Part shown: positions 1 to 12,223 of the stretch, piece after piece
Position numbering within the stretch: the first letter of the stretch is position 1
Layout of the letters: each line of letters begins with the position of its first letter
Source: Catajapyx aquilonaris
Taxonomy: Eukaryota
DNA: 64,000 nt
Direction: 5' to 3'
NCBI GenBank assembly: GCA_000934665.2
Contig: JYFJ02000422.1
Coordinates: 1 to 64,000, forward strand
Program-made: the position numbers and the translations under genes
Notes under the pieces: generated by a model
Seen by the model: only the letters and a program-made list of their open reading frames with translations
Database searches by the model: none
Told to the model about the DNA's origin: nothing

Positions 1-138
1 AGTTGTTTTATAAAACCGACCGGGGTTGTCGCCACCTACGATTTTTCCCCACCCCCTCGCGCGCACCTGACCCATGACTCTGATACACCATGTAGAGAAC
101 TTCGACTTAGGGAAGGTCGACTTATAGAAGTTTTACTG
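1..138. mobile_element. Right end of a Tigger/pogo-like MITE
   Basis: Ends ...cgacttatagaagttttactg|ta, the same terminal type (CAGTAAAAC, TA) as element 4531-5305. Confidence 0.5.
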
Positions 139-604
139 TATTTCTCTTTCCGCCTTCCTCCCCACTTCTCTATCTCCCCACAAACCTGCTTACTATTTAG
201 CGGTTATTTTGGAAGTTATTTTGAATGTTGTCAAAATATTAGTTGATATTATGTTGAGTGGATGTATTTCTTAAAAATAATGAAGGAGGGTCTAGACTGC
301 GAAAAATTGGTCCAATAACTCTACTTTGGTGCCAGTGGGTCAAAATGGGCCACTTTTTTATGTTTTAACCTGTAAAATTCATTACGATTCATGCCCTAAA
401 ACCTAAATGAATGTGACCATTCAACATAATATTTGTGGCTAATATGTCAATAAGCCATCGAAGTACCTGTCTGAAAATAAACTACCCATGATGTAGCTTA
501 GTGCCAAAAAATTGTAACCACAATGGGCACAGAAATAGGAAAACTGCATAACTGAGCTGACAGCAGCAGTCTCGGCAGCAGTAGTATCAGTGGTAGTAGT
601 ACTC

Positions 605-618
605 GTAATAATAATGTA

Positions 619-653
<35 letters not shown>

Positions 654-681
654 TAATAATAATTAATAATAATAATAATAA
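605..681. repeat. (ATA)n microsatellite
   Basis: Direct inspection. Confidence 0.95.
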
Positions 682-682
682 A

Positions 683-1029
683 GGGAGGTGGAGTGGCGCT
701 GCAGTAACGTATGCGCCCAAGGATGTTAAGGTCCCGGGTTCGATCCCAACCCAGGGTTCCCCCCTTCATCTCGTGCAGAGTTTGGGGTCATCTCTGAGAC
801 TCTGGCTTTGTCTCAGGTGGTACCTCCATTAAGACAAATCACCTGGAGGAGTTCACAAAATGACCACAGCAACGACATTGCACTGCACCTTGCACATTCC
901 CTCCTGTCATCCTGCCCGTGGGCCCAGGCGTTTCAAAAACTATGGTTCCAATGTACTATGTACAAAGAACGGTACAATAAATGTTCGTGCGAGAAACCCC
1001 AGTAGGGGTAAAAGCACTACCAAAGGATT
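683..1029 (+). mobile_element. tRNA-derived SINE, family A
   Basis: A-box-like TGGCGCTGCAGTAA and B-box GGTTCGATCCC; body closely matches copies at 8300 and 9710; runs into an (ATA)n tail. Confidence 0.85.
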
Positions 1030-1188
1030 AATAATAATAATGATAATGATAATAATAATGATAATGATAATAATAATAAGAATAATAATAATAAGAATAA
1101 GAATAATAATAATAAGAATAATAATAATAATTTAATAAGAATAATAATAATAATAAGAATAATAATAATAATTTAATAATAATAATAA

Positions 1189-1219
<31 letters not shown>

Positions 1220-1305
1220 AAGAATAATAATAATAATTTAATAATAATAATTTAATAAGAATAATAATAATAATAAGAATAATAATAATAATTTAATAAT
1301 AATAA

Positions 1306-1336
<31 letters not shown>

Positions 1337-1383
1337 AAGAAGAAGAAGAAGAAGAATAATAATAATAATTTAATAATAATAAT
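1028..1383. repeat. Compound (ATA)n/(AGA)n microsatellite with a higher-order duplication of about 120 bp
   Basis: Direct inspection; expanded SINE tail. Confidence 0.95.
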
Positions 1384-1692
1384 TCTTTCATTCCTGTGTT
1401 GTACAGTACATCTTATGGGCCTTTATTTATTAATCCTAACATGTATGACAGGGAGGATGATTAATTTCTTGGCCTATTATGAGATCATGACGCTTAAAAA
1501 AAACTTGACATTTTGACAATATAGCAAGTGGCAGCGATGAAGTTTTGACTACATCACTATGTGAATGGTAGGGAATATTCTGCCCCTTTGATGATTTGTG
1601 TGCCATGTGTGATAGCTGATAGGAAAGTGGCCTAATCAACAGGATATTACCTTACATTCGCATAGGGATGTCATCAACAATTAAAGGAAAGC

Positions 1693-1917
1693 CTATCGTT
1701 TATCCGCACCTAGCGACGAGGCGGGGTTGGGAAGGTGTGGTGGACACCAAACAACATGTTGGCTACGTGTTGCAAACAATCGGTTGCCGGGAGAGCACAA
1801 CAAAGGGTGTCTTCTTACCCAAGGCACCCGATTGTTTGCGATGCAACGTTGCCAACCGTCCGGAGGCCCCCCGCCTGCCCACCCCGACCGCGTTGTTAAG
1901 GTGCGGATGAACAATAG
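1693..1917. mobile_element. Degenerate fold-back (MITE-like) element
   Basis: ctatcgtttatccgcacct ... aggtgcggatgaacaatag and gcaaacaatcggttgcc ... ggcacccgattgtttgc are inverted pairs. Confidence 0.7.
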
Positions 1918-2353
1918 TTTATCCCAATTAAAAGCTTTCATATGCTAAATGGTTCCTGCCAACCAATGTGCAGGGTATTTCAGTCTTACGTGGGAGTCAT
2001 TGTACTCCCTCCATTCCAGTTTTTATCTCATGATGCTTAAGACAATCTAACATCAACAGTATTTGCTTAATATGGGAAACATAATTTGTATTCTAGGAAG
2101 TGTAAATTGTTAACTAATGTGGAATTGATCAGTAAGTTTGATTTTTTTCCATGTGTAATATTTGTAAGTGAAACTCAACAGTTTACTCATAAACCTTCAG
2201 TTGTAGTGTAACATTCTCATAAATTCCCTGAACTTGGGTTTTGCAGAGATGATGTGAAATCTACCACTTAAAATTAAGGATCACCAATGAAAAATAAATA
2301 CATTACGGTAGGCCTGTAGTAAAAATATGCTATATGATTCCACATAGTCTATA

Positions 2354-2881
2354 CAGGGTGTTTACGACCTAACATTACAAACTTGTAGGGTTAATAGAGG
2401 GGACCAAGACAAACATATTTCACATAGGAACCCGTGTCCGGAAACACCATCTAGAGGGGGTTCATAGACAAGGAATGGGTGCGCTCAGACGCGTCAGGCG
2501 GGCGGCATTAGTGAGCCGACCGTTTTGTTGCTAGGTGGCGCGCGGATTGTACACAACTCAGCAATTCGCCATAACCTGGCAACAACAGAGTTGCTGTTTA
2601 TTATCTGCGCGCTACCTGGCATGCTGACTTTAGTTGTTAGGTGGCTCTGTTGTTGCCAGGTTATTGCGAATTGCGAAGTTGTGTACAATCCGCGCGCCAC
2701 CTAGCAACTAAACGCTCCGACCGCTAATGCCCCCCGCCTGACGTGTCTGAGCGCACCCATTCCTTGTCTATGAACCCCCTCTAGATGGCGTTTCTGGACA
2801 TGGGTTCCTATGTGAAATATGTTCGTCTTGGTCCCCTCTATTAACCCTACAAGTTTGTAAAGTTAGGTCGTAAACACCCTG
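2354..2881. mobile_element. Tc1/mariner-type fold-back MITE with arms of about 235 bp
   Basis: ta|CAGGGTGTTTACGACCTAAC ... GTTAGGTCGTAAACACCCTG|ta; arms pair to about 2590/2645; TA TSD. Confidence 0.92.
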
Positions 2882-3563
2882 TATACTATAGTATTAGTTT
2901 TCTTTAAATTGATTTTTGGCCAGTGGAATCTTTTTAGTGCCATAATAGAATGTGGGTAGTGCATTGCTATTTTAGGATTAGAAACGGCAATTATGTAGAA
3001 AGTGCAACATTTTAAAATGAACTTGCATAGAGCTTATTCAGAGTAACCAGCCGAACTTTAATAATTTAAGACTTTTTCTCATCAAGAAAAGTATTATGGC
3101 TCTGTCTGTCTGTCCGTCTGTGGGCAGGTGTCAGGGCCTAAACCACAAGAGGTAGCGGCAAACGGTTTTCAGATTCATATTCAGTGTTACCTGAATAGGT
3201 TTCATAGTCAACTTCCGGGTGACGGGTCACTTCCGGTTTTCTGGGTTCACTATATCCACAAAAGTGTCCTTGGGTCCTTGTCAATGAGAAATAAGACTGA
3301 CAAGATTTTATGTAATTGTTGTCCAATTTGGATTTCCTTGGAAACGAGAAAAAGTCTGTTTACTTGTTTACTTATGTGTCCTGGAATCAATTACATTAGT
3401 TTTTTAGTTCCTTGCATATTTGATACTTTGTGACACATTATGGGTAGGTCTATGCAGTATAAGCATTTTGTTACCAAACACACCAACCCAACACTTTCGA
3501 TATCAACCCTCTACTAATGTAACAGTACAAAAACAGGTTGCATGACATTTTCATTTGAAATAA

Positions 3564-3566
3564 TTA

Positions 3567-3626
<60 letters not shown>

Positions 3627-3937
3627 AGTTACCCCGTGATAGGGCCAGAGGCCTTCTTAGGGTGGTGGAATACCACCATTTTATATCAATTTTCTTCAAC
3701 TCCAGTGCAAAGATGAAAGGACATGGTGTAAGAATGGGGATTTCTGGAGAGGAGATACAGGTGCAAGTGCAGTGTCTGAGAAAGGGTGTGCAGTCTTCCT
3801 GGAGGTCCGGCTGCCAGACGCCACCAAGGAACGGGTCCTCCTGACGCAGGCGAAAGGGAACTCCCAGGCGGGGTTTGAACCCGGGACCTTCCGCACAGAA
3901 AGCCGAGACTTTACTGTCTCGGACACCGTTCCCTCCC
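3564..3937 (-). mobile_element. tRNA-derived SINE, family B, with (TAA)n tail
   Basis: Minus-strand head gggagggaacggtgtccgag...GGTTCAAACCC; tail microsatellite 3564-3625; flanking repeat atttgaaat at 3553 and 3939. Confidence 0.85.
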
Positions 3938-3960
3938 GATTTGAAATTATTTTGCTTCAT

Positions 3961-4229
3961 GGCTCTTGTGGTGGCCGAGTCGGTAACGACTCGGCTTGCG
4001 GAGCGAAAGGTCCCGGGTTCAATCCCCACCTAGGAGTTCCCTTTCACCTATGTCAGGAGGGTCTCTGACTCGCGCCTTGGAGGTGTCCGGAAACCTAACC
4101 TCCAGGAAGACTGCACATAGCTCAGTTTCAGACATTGGACTTGCACCCGTGTCTCCTCCCCAAAAATCCCCATTCCCTTCTCTATGTCCTTTCTCCCTTG
4201 CACGGTGTCCAAAGAAATAAAAATAAAAG
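3961..4229 (+). mobile_element. tRNA-derived SINE, family B-related, head-to-head with the preceding copy
   Basis: TGGCCGAGTCGGTAA A-box, GGTTCAATCCC B-box; body is the reverse complement of about 3715-3890; A-rich tail. Confidence 0.85.
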
Positions 4230-4530
4230 AGATCAAAGAAATAAATTTAAAATAATATACTTCATGTAAGTACAGTGTTATGGGATTACTTCAGGCGTAT
4301 ATTTTTACTCCAGAAAGATGCAATAACCAAAATATATTCATTGAATTATAAGATTGTTCAAAGGTGGGTGACCCAGTCTATGATCCTATCTATGATCCTT
4401 GGGTTCGATATGACTTATACTCATTTAATGTTATTTTTGATTGCTTTTTGTTAAGTTTACGTGGGTTTTCTTGGGGTTCACCCATTTCTCCCCACAATCA
4501 AAATACATCAGCTGACAGTGATTAAATATA

Positions 4531-5305
4531 CAGTAAAACCTCGATATAACGCTTCCCCACATAAGGCTGTCCGGCATTTAACAGCCTCTTTTCTCAGTCC
4601 CTTGATCAGTCCCATAAGGAGCAATGGTAAATTTTCCCACATATACCGCTCGGTTTATCTGATTCCCGAGTCAATTTATCCCACATACAACGTCAAAAAA
4701 GGTGCATGATTTGTCCCGGGCTTGAAGTTCACCTTTCCTGCCGGCTAAGGTTTGGTTTGGGGGAAGAGAGGAGGAGTGCTGGCCAGTGATGGTGCAACAG
4801 CGGAGAGGCTCTGCTGAGTTGATAGGCTTGCTGCATCCTGGCAGGGTGTGGTCTGAGACCCAGGGGGAAGTGCAAGGGGACTCGAAAGCAGGTTGGAATA
4901 TGGGAACGACGAGCAATTGACAACTTGTGATTAATAAGAGGGCACTTCCCCCCCATACACCTTGGAGGTATGAGGGCCATTTTGGGATGGTGTAAGGAGC
5001 TGGGCCTTATTGCTAAGAGTGGCACATGTGAATATTGAGTTGAGGCGGCTTATGTGAACTGTGGACCTGGAGAGTCACTATTGTTTTTGGTTCTTCAGGG
5101 GATACTTTTGTGGTCAATGTGGTATGTGGGCAGATACTGTAAGGTCAGGCCAGGTAAATGTGGTTTATAGACGTCCGTCTACTATACATAGTATCAGTGA
5201 AGGCATTCATTTCCTAAGTAATGGATGAATTAAATCTAATGAATTCCCACTTATAATGCTACTTTGGGTCAGTCCTTTGAAGAGCGTTATATCAAGATTT
5301 TACTG
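4531..5305. mobile_element. Tigger/pogo-like non-autonomous DNA transposon
   Basis: ta|CAGTAAAACCTCGATATAACGCT ... AGCGTTATATCAAGATTTTACTG|ta. Confidence 0.85.
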
Positions 5306-5465
5306 TAGTTGGGTTTTAAAATGTAGGATCCCCAAAAAGGCCACATGGCTGCCATGGATAACAACAACAACAATATAGCTCCGTGGTTTTAAAATGTTGC
5401 TAGTGATTAAAGTTGTATAGGTGGCCCCAAAGAGCATAATAACTCTATTCTTAAGCTCTTTGGCC

Positions 5466-5769
5466 GGCCCGCCCTTACTTCGACCACGTCATCGTTTTGT
5501 TTACCGACTCCTAGTCAACAAAATCAGCCAAACACACCTCTGGAACCTCACACTTTTCAGGTTTTCATGGAAATGCCCTCACACAACAATTGGGAGTAAA
5601 CATTGTTCTTTTTTGTGTCCACGGTTGACACTGTTAACTAATATTGTTGTGTGATGGCATTTCCATGGAAACTTGAAAAGTGTGAGGTTCCAGAGGTGTG
5701 TTTGACTGATTTCGTTGACTGGGAGTCGGTAAACGAAATGATGACGTAAGGTCGAAGTAAGGGCAGGCC
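5466..5769. mobile_element. Fold-back MITE with arms of about 125 bp (GGCC termini, superfamily uncertain)
   Basis: ggcccgcccttacttcgacc...acacaacaat (to 5590) pairs with attgttgtgt...ggtcgaagtaagggcaggcc (from 5643). Confidence 0.85.
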
Positions 5770-5827
5770 ACCTTTAGGTGGCTCTTTTTCTCTAGTTTTG
5801 GCAGTATTTGAAGGTGATTTATCTTAA

Positions 5828-6297
5828 CCTTTAACTACGTAGGTGGAGCCTGAGAGGCTCCAAGCACTATTTAAACGCATGTAACTTTTTCATTGAATTT
5901 TATTTTCCACTCTCCTTCCGCGACTTTGTCAGAAAAACCTTCCTAAGCATGAAAATGAAAGAAAAATTTTTTTAGTCCCTATTCTTTGGTTTAAAAAAAT
6001 TCGTAACGAGGAACAGGTCCCTCTAACGACTCAGGCTATCCCTATGCAGGTGAAGCCAGAGCGGCTCAAAGTTGTTGATGTAACCTTTTAATTAAAAATG
6101 TTTCCCTGTCAGAATATGCTGACTCAGCGTGTGATTTTTACGTTATCGGTAGCCTAATGATCTGAACTGCACTTTCTGTATGTGAAAAGTCCAATATAAC
6201 AATTTAGTTGATAAGCAGAAATTTAAATATACCGTTGGAGCCTCTCAGGCTCCACCTACGTAGTTAAAGGTGTTTCGCCCACCTACGCAGTTAAGGG
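5828..6297. mobile_element. piggyBac-type MITE
   Basis: TTAA at 5824-5827 and 6298-6301; TIR CCTTTAACTACGTAGGTGG ... CCACCTACGCAGTTAAGGG; right TIR present twice. Confidence 0.85.
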
Positions 6298-6374
6298 TTA
6301 AGGTGTGAAACATATCACAGTCTCAATACTTTTATAATTGACTGTTAGAATAATCGTAATACTAATTGAATATA

Positions 6375-6798
6375 CAGGGTGTATCTGAACTCAGTGCCCC
6401 GACGTATATGACTGCCTTCCTAGCCACCAGAGGATCGATTTAAGTATAGGAGTCATATGTCTGGGCAGCCTCATTACTGAGATACACTCTTTAGCGATTT
6501 TTGCCTAATCGCTCCTTCTGACTTTTAAATAGAATTTTCTGGTGTAACTAGCCAAAGAGGCCTTACCACCTGGGGCAACAAACCAACAAAGTCCCGCCCC
6601 CAGGACCTTCCAGAGCCTTCTGGCTGGGGGAGGGTTCGATGGGTGGCCTAACCGACAGGATATTTTGTACTACATGTTTGCGGCCAATTATCTCCGTAAT
6701 GAGGCTGCCCAGACATATGACTCCTATACTTAAATCGATCCTCTGGTGGCTAGGAAGGCAGTCATATACGTCGGGGCACTGAGTTCAGATACACCCTG
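6375..6798. mobile_element. Tc1/mariner-type MITE with near-perfect TIRs of about 110 bp
   Basis: ta|CAGGGTGTATCTGAACTCAGTGCCCCGACG ... CGTCGGGGCACTGAGTTCAGATACACCCTG|ta. Confidence 0.92.
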
Positions 6799-7893
6799 TA
6801 TAGAATTTTCACCTGGGCACCACAAAATTGAACTTAGCAGGTAATTTTCACCAGCATTAAGATATGCTTACAGTTTTCGTGTTATAGGGTTTTCATATTG
6901 GGACATTCTTTTTCGATGACCCTGTATATATTAGAATCCAACCCTCAATTAATCAGTTCCTGTATAATTTGTTAGTTGTCAGTGACACAAAACTGCTTCA
7001 CTGCTAGGGGCTTCCTGTAAGTCCCATCTGAAGGGTTTGATCACCCAGCACCACCTTCTTACAAATTATGCCTCCTTGTCCATATTTGCTTCTCAACGTT
7101 CAACAACATCACGACATTTCCATATAAGCTAAGTGGTAGTTAGCGATGAAGGGAGACGCAAGTTAACCCCGCATATGAACTAAATTAAAACTTATAAAAC
7201 TATAAACTCCCTACCCCGCCCCCANCCCTGCTCCCTCCCATCTCCGACGACGGAGGAGGGTGGCAGGTAGACCCCGACCACCATGTGCTGGCCAGCAGGA
7301 TCCTGTCCGGCCACTCCGACACCCTGACTGCCTGGTCGACTTCACTCCCGGCCTAAGTTATGGTATGCAGGCCCTACTCCGCCGCGTACCGAGCGTCGGG
7401 GCTCTCCTCGCCCGCCTGATCCTGCAGCCGCCTGGTGTGTGTAATTGCCTACATGAATGCTCCTGTCATCTCCTGTGTACCTCCCTCCTCCTCCATTACT
7501 CACCCCCATTAATTACCCCAAATTGTTTGTGCTTCTCTATTGCCAAAAAATAGTTTTGTAAACTACCATTCCTTAATTTGTAAGAGACCTTGAAGAAATA
7601 ACTGCTGAACCACTGTCTACATTTTGTCACATATAAGTACATATTGTTGAGTGAGTCACGGAGTATAATTCACCTTTGCATTTTCTGACAGTAGCTACTG
7701 TCATGTTGTAACAAGAAAATTCTGAACAGCTTCTGAAATGTGGATGATTCCATTTAAAACAAGACACATGCTACATAAGAACTATCCTGTCATTTATGTA
7801 GGAGCCTCAGTATGCAGACAGAATAGTAATCTGCACCTGCATTAAAGATAAAAAATAATTTATTATACAGTCAACTCCATATACGCTATAAGA

Positions 7894-8153
7894 AGGGCGA
7901 CACGGTGGCAGAGTGGTTAGCGCCGCAGCCTTCCACCTCTAAGGTCCTGAGTTCAATCCCCGGATTGGATGGAGGATACTTATGTGGATAGAGTTTCGAT
8001 GGGTTCTCTCCGTGTTGCATGGGTTTTCTCGGGGTTCTCCCGTTTCCTCCTGCAATCAAAATTCATCACAGCGCAGGCAATGATTAAAGACGGTTGTTCA
8101 AAAGATGATCCCCTAAGAGGCCCAAGGAGGCCTATCATGAGGTATCCATTATT
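7894..8153 (+). mobile_element. tRNA-derived SINE, family C, with 15-bp TSD
   Basis: TGGCAGAGTGGTTAGC A-box, GAGTTCAATCCC B-box; TSD atatacgctataaga 7879-7893 / atatacactataaga 8154-8168. Confidence 0.88.
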
Positions 8154-8299
8154 ATATACACTATAAGAGACATCAAGGGACTGTGGAAATCAGTAGTAAC
8201 CGAGGTTTGTTATATCTAAGTACACAGACCATAGATTATATGGAAATATGCCAGGACCAGCCTTTTGAGTCTGCTATAACCAAGGGTTGCTTGTAGCAG

Positions 8300-8654
8300 G
8301 GGAGGCGGAGTGGTGCTGCGGTAACGTACGCGCCCACGGATGTTAAGGTCCCGGGTTCGATCCCAACCCGGGGACACCCCCTTCATCTCGTGCAGAGTTC
8401 ATTGGGTCACCTCTGGCTTCGTCTCGGGTGGTATTTCCTACAGACTAAACCACCCGGGGGAGTTCACTAAAAATGGCCACATAAAGACATTGCACTGCAC
8501 CTTGCACATCCCCTCCTGTCATCCTGCCCGTGGGCCCGGGCGATTCGCTCAAGGTTCCAGCATTGTACTGCATTGTACTTCAAGTATAATAAAGGTCCGT
8601 GCCGCATACCCTATACAGGGTCAGGCACTGCCCAAGGATTATAGGATTATATAT
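8300..8654 (+). mobile_element. tRNA-derived SINE, family A, with perfect 17-bp TSD
   Basis: TSD agggttgcttgtagcag at 8283-8299 and 8655-8671; homologous to 683-1029. Confidence 0.92.
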
Positions 8655-8865
8655 AGGGTTGCTTGTAGCAGAGGCTAATATATCCAGAGTCAACTCTGTC
8701 TGTACTAAATTCATTAATTAGAGATTTTCCCACATTTTGTCATAAGAGCTCACAAACTTCATGCAGTGTAGGAGCCCTATTGATTTTTTGGGAGGTGCAT
8801 CTGAGAAGAAGTTGGATGTTTAATGCTGTGGCAACTTCATTTTATAGTTTACACTTGGAGATATA

Positions 8866-9087
8866 CAGGGTGTTCCAGATTCGTGGGTCACTTTTTGGTA
8901 ACTGATATCGCCCAATGGCAGTTATTTTTTGTAGCTTGTTGTGCCCCTAACCATGTGCTCCATTCTATAGTAGTTTATGTAGTATATAGTTATATATAGT
9001 TTATATAGTAGTTATAGAATGGGGCACATGGTTAAGGGCACAACAGGCTACAAAAAATAACTGCTATCAGGCAATATCAGTTATCAA
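8866..9087. mobile_element. CAGGGTG-family hairpin MITE, right end truncated
   Basis: ta|CAGGGTGTTCCAG...; core ttttgtagcttgttgtgcccc..ccattctata / tatagaatggggca..caacaggctacaaaa shared with 10381 and 17231. Confidence 0.82.
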
Positions 9088-9709
9088 GTTGTTGTAACCA
9101 CCTGAATGAACTGAAAGTGTGACTTCACCTGGGTATGTACACAGGGTATATAATATGAAGGAAAGCAAGAACCTAGTTAATACTGATATTAAGACTGTAA
9201 TCAAAGTACATTTTAAAAGTAAACTTACTATTCTCATATGCAAGCAGTTTCAAAGCAATACGTTTTCTTGAACCTGACAAACATTAAAGTCTCTATTTGT
9301 ATTCCCAAGGAAGTTGAAAAGAAATTACTGATCTAATTCATTCTGAGAGGTATCAGATATTAGCAAGAGATCATCTGTTCCATTTATAGCACTAATCTTG
9401 TTAAACTAAAAGAAGCTCAATAGTGCTGTTACAGTCTATAAGATGCTGTCACTTGACTAGTTATGCTACACTGTTACTGCTGGAAATGTCTTCCCATTTT
9501 TCATATTGGTTTCTTCACATTGTATTTTCTGTTGACCCCTTGGAAGATAAGGGCAGCAAGTTTGCTTACTAAGTATTGTAGAAAGGTGGGAAAGGTTGTC
9601 TTGTAGCTGGACGATAGAAGAGTATTGACCAAGTATATTTGGGGGTCACAAGTTACTGCCAAGTTCCTTCTGCTTAATTGGTCACTGGCTTCATTATACC
9701 TGTGCTGTA

Positions 9710-9935
9710 GGGAGATGAAGTGGCGTCGCGGGAACGCGTGCGCCCACGGATATGAAGGTCCCGGGTTCAATCCCCACCCGGGGTTCCCACCTTTATCCGT
9801 GTAGAGTTGGGCCATCTCTGGCTTCATTTTGGGTGGAAATTTCCTAAAGACTAATCCACCCGGTGGAGTTCACAAAATGACCAATTAACGACAGCGCACA
9901 TGCACTTTGCACATCCCCTCCTACCTACCCTGGAG
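9710..9935 (+). mobile_element. tRNA-derived SINE, family A-related, 3'-truncated
   Basis: gcgcccacggatatgaaggtcccgggttcaatccc head; ttgcacatcccctcct shared with other copies. Confidence 0.8.
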
Positions 9936-10380
9936 TAATTAATTAAGATCTTCTTAAATGGCTCCAAAAACAAATACTGTGCTGCATGAATCACTGTGCA
10001 TTTTTCTTCTTCTTAAAGTTGAGTAAGTGAAATTAGAATGGTTGATGGTAATACTTGTGTTTCTGAGAATTAGAACTAGACAGGGTGTCGAGCAACCTAG
10101 AAAACCTGGAATATCAGGGAATTTTATTGTTCTAGAAAAATCAGGGAATGATTAGGGAATTCCTTGGCCTCTCTGGAATTTATCCTGATGAGGGATCGGT
10201 GACAACAGCATGTTTTTGTGAAAGCTTTCTTCTGTCATTGATTTATTGCTGTATGTATTGAATAGTCCTACCTGAATTTTTGAATTTAAAAACTCTTAAG
10301 ACCAGTGTACATAATAGATTTTTGAATATGGATTCAGGGTTGAATCCTGGCTGAGAGGGGGTTAACCACCTGTTTGTATA

Positions 10381-10597
10381 CAGGGTTTTCCAAGTATCCA
10401 GGTCACTTTTGGATAACTACTATCAAACGATACCTGTTATTCTTTTGTAGCTTGTTGTGCCCCGATTCAGTTGCCCCATTCTATAGCAGAAGTTATAGAA
10501 TGGGGCAATTGAAACCGGGCACAAGAAGCTGCAAAAAAAGACTGCTACCGGGCGGTAGCAGTTATCCAAAAGTGACCCGGATACTCGGAACACACTG
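10381..10597. mobile_element. CAGGGTG-family hairpin MITE, full length
   Basis: ta|CAGGGTTTTCCAAGTATCCAGGTCACTTTTGGATAACT ... AGTTATCCAAAAGTGACCCGGATACTCGGAACACACTG|ta. Confidence 0.88.
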
Positions 10598-10811
10598 TAT
10601 GTAATTAGTAGTTCAACTCCACATCGTCTGGTTGAGTTGGATCTGGAGTGACGCCTGGTTGGTACTCACCACCGACATTCACTGAACCATGAACTACTGA
10701 GTCATTACGGGGAAATATTTTGCAACTATTTGATACTTCTGTATAGATATTTTAGGTTGTTTGGCTGGAACTTTGGTGTAGTGGTTAAGGCCGAAATCGG
10801 ATAGAGTTGGC

Positions 10812-11074
10812 CTTACTGGCGTGCGGGAGGCAGGAGGGTAGTAGTCGGTGGGGGCAGCGGGCTGTGTCGCAAAGGCAAGGATAAAAGATAGGCGTGTATT
10901 CGCTGAAGATAGGTCTGTATCCGTAAGGAAGGAAGGTTAGGCTTGGCTAGGTTAGGTTGGTACAGCATACCCCTTCCAAAATCCAAAAAATCCATCCTTG
11001 AATCCTTGCCTTTGCCACACAGCCAAGCTGCCCCCAGCCACCATTCACCCTGCCGCCTCCCGCACGCAAGTAAG
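10812..11074. mobile_element. GC-rich fold-back element with internal (AGGTT)n-like tract
   Basis: cttactggcgtgcgggaggc...gcaaaggcaaggat pairs with atccttgcctttgc...gcctcccgcacgcaagtaag. Confidence 0.75.
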
Positions 11075-12223
11075 ATCGGACAGTCAATGATCTCTCATAT
11101 GGCATATGGTTGTTTTTTTTTTTGGGGGGGGGGGGTTCTCCAGAGTGTCCTCACACTCAATATTAATCAGCAGCACATTTTAATAATTAATAATTGCTTT
11201 GGGTTACTTGAACTTGGCTATTTTTTGTCACAGTGATTGGTAACATAAATTGCAAAGACAGAGATCCTAGGACAAAGATGAGATGCCGTTATGCACCCTG
11301 CTTAATGCCACACACTGAATGATAGGGCCTATCCATGATTGGAGAGAAGAGGGAAGAAAGGGTGAAGGTCAATCTTTGCAGAGCTGTCACCATATGAAAG
11401 AAATTACAAGATTCTGGATGCAGTTATATGCTCACAGATTGACTATTTTGGTTATCGTCAACAATATTGCAGTAGAACCTTGCTTTTTTCGCTTTCATCC
11501 AACTATGTATGGTCTCTCAAGTCTGTACAGTACTGTACAGTATGTGAAGAGATAGTTCTGTTCGTGGTGTGTGATTTTATGTGCATCTGGAATTCTACGC
11601 TTTCCCTAATCATTATTAAACTTTACTTTCAGTGATTATTAGAAGTATAGCTGCTTACATCAGCCCAAATTTGCTCAACTTTCCATGATCTGATTTTCAT
11701 GAATTTTAATTGAGAATGGGCCACTGGAACATTTGTCATAAAGCATAAATGATTGAACCCATTCTCACAGGTCAGATCTTGATGCAGGGGATGGAAAAGG
11801 ATGACTCCATGGAATCTAATCTTAGCAGTTCACACGTTGATTATCATTAAAAGTTAATCCTTAAAAATATGCAGCTTAATTTCAAAATATACCTGACTAC
11901 AGCTGACACTTCAATTGGAACATCCTGCACCAGGGGCAATAATCCCTCTGGGGATTAATTCGTTTCCTTTATAAGCAGCTGATGCTACTGATAACCACTG
12001 AAAGTTATTATTCAAAAGCAACTACTAAATAGAATCTGCTTAATGCCAAAATCTATCTAAAATGAACATTTTTATTGGAACACCCTGTGTAGGGAGTCAC
12101 CCTTATATTGCACCGGGTCACATTCATTTTAAATATGATCAGTGGGGAAAATGACAATTTAATACATATCTTATTTGTGCAAGTAAGTTTCTACAAGGGA
12201 ACTAAATGCTCACGGAAAGAAAT

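Larger units (their letters stand above)
7868..8702. mobile_element. Degenerate Tigger-like MITE interrupted by two SINE insertions
   Basis: ta|CAGTCAACTCCATATA left end, degenerate right end tatatccagagtcaactct; internal ttatatc/ctataac motifs typical of the family. Confidence 0.55.

Noticed and set aside
683..760. tRNA-like sequences at SINE heads (also 3961, 7894, 8300, 9710, 17661, 20906)
   Set aside because: They continue into shared non-tRNA bodies with tails and TSDs and the cloverleaf is degenerate, so they are SINEs, not tRNA genes.
439..1135. ORFs with poly-Y, poly-I, poly-L or poly-N (also 3514-4029 and 3542-3844)
   Set aside because: They are translations of trinucleotide microsatellites and SINE bodies.
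7135..7568. GC-rich block with weak terminal inverted match (ggtagttt/aaactacc) and ORF 7260-7553
   Set aside because: Probably a TE relic, but the TIR and TSD are too degenerate to call and the ORF has no recognisable homology.
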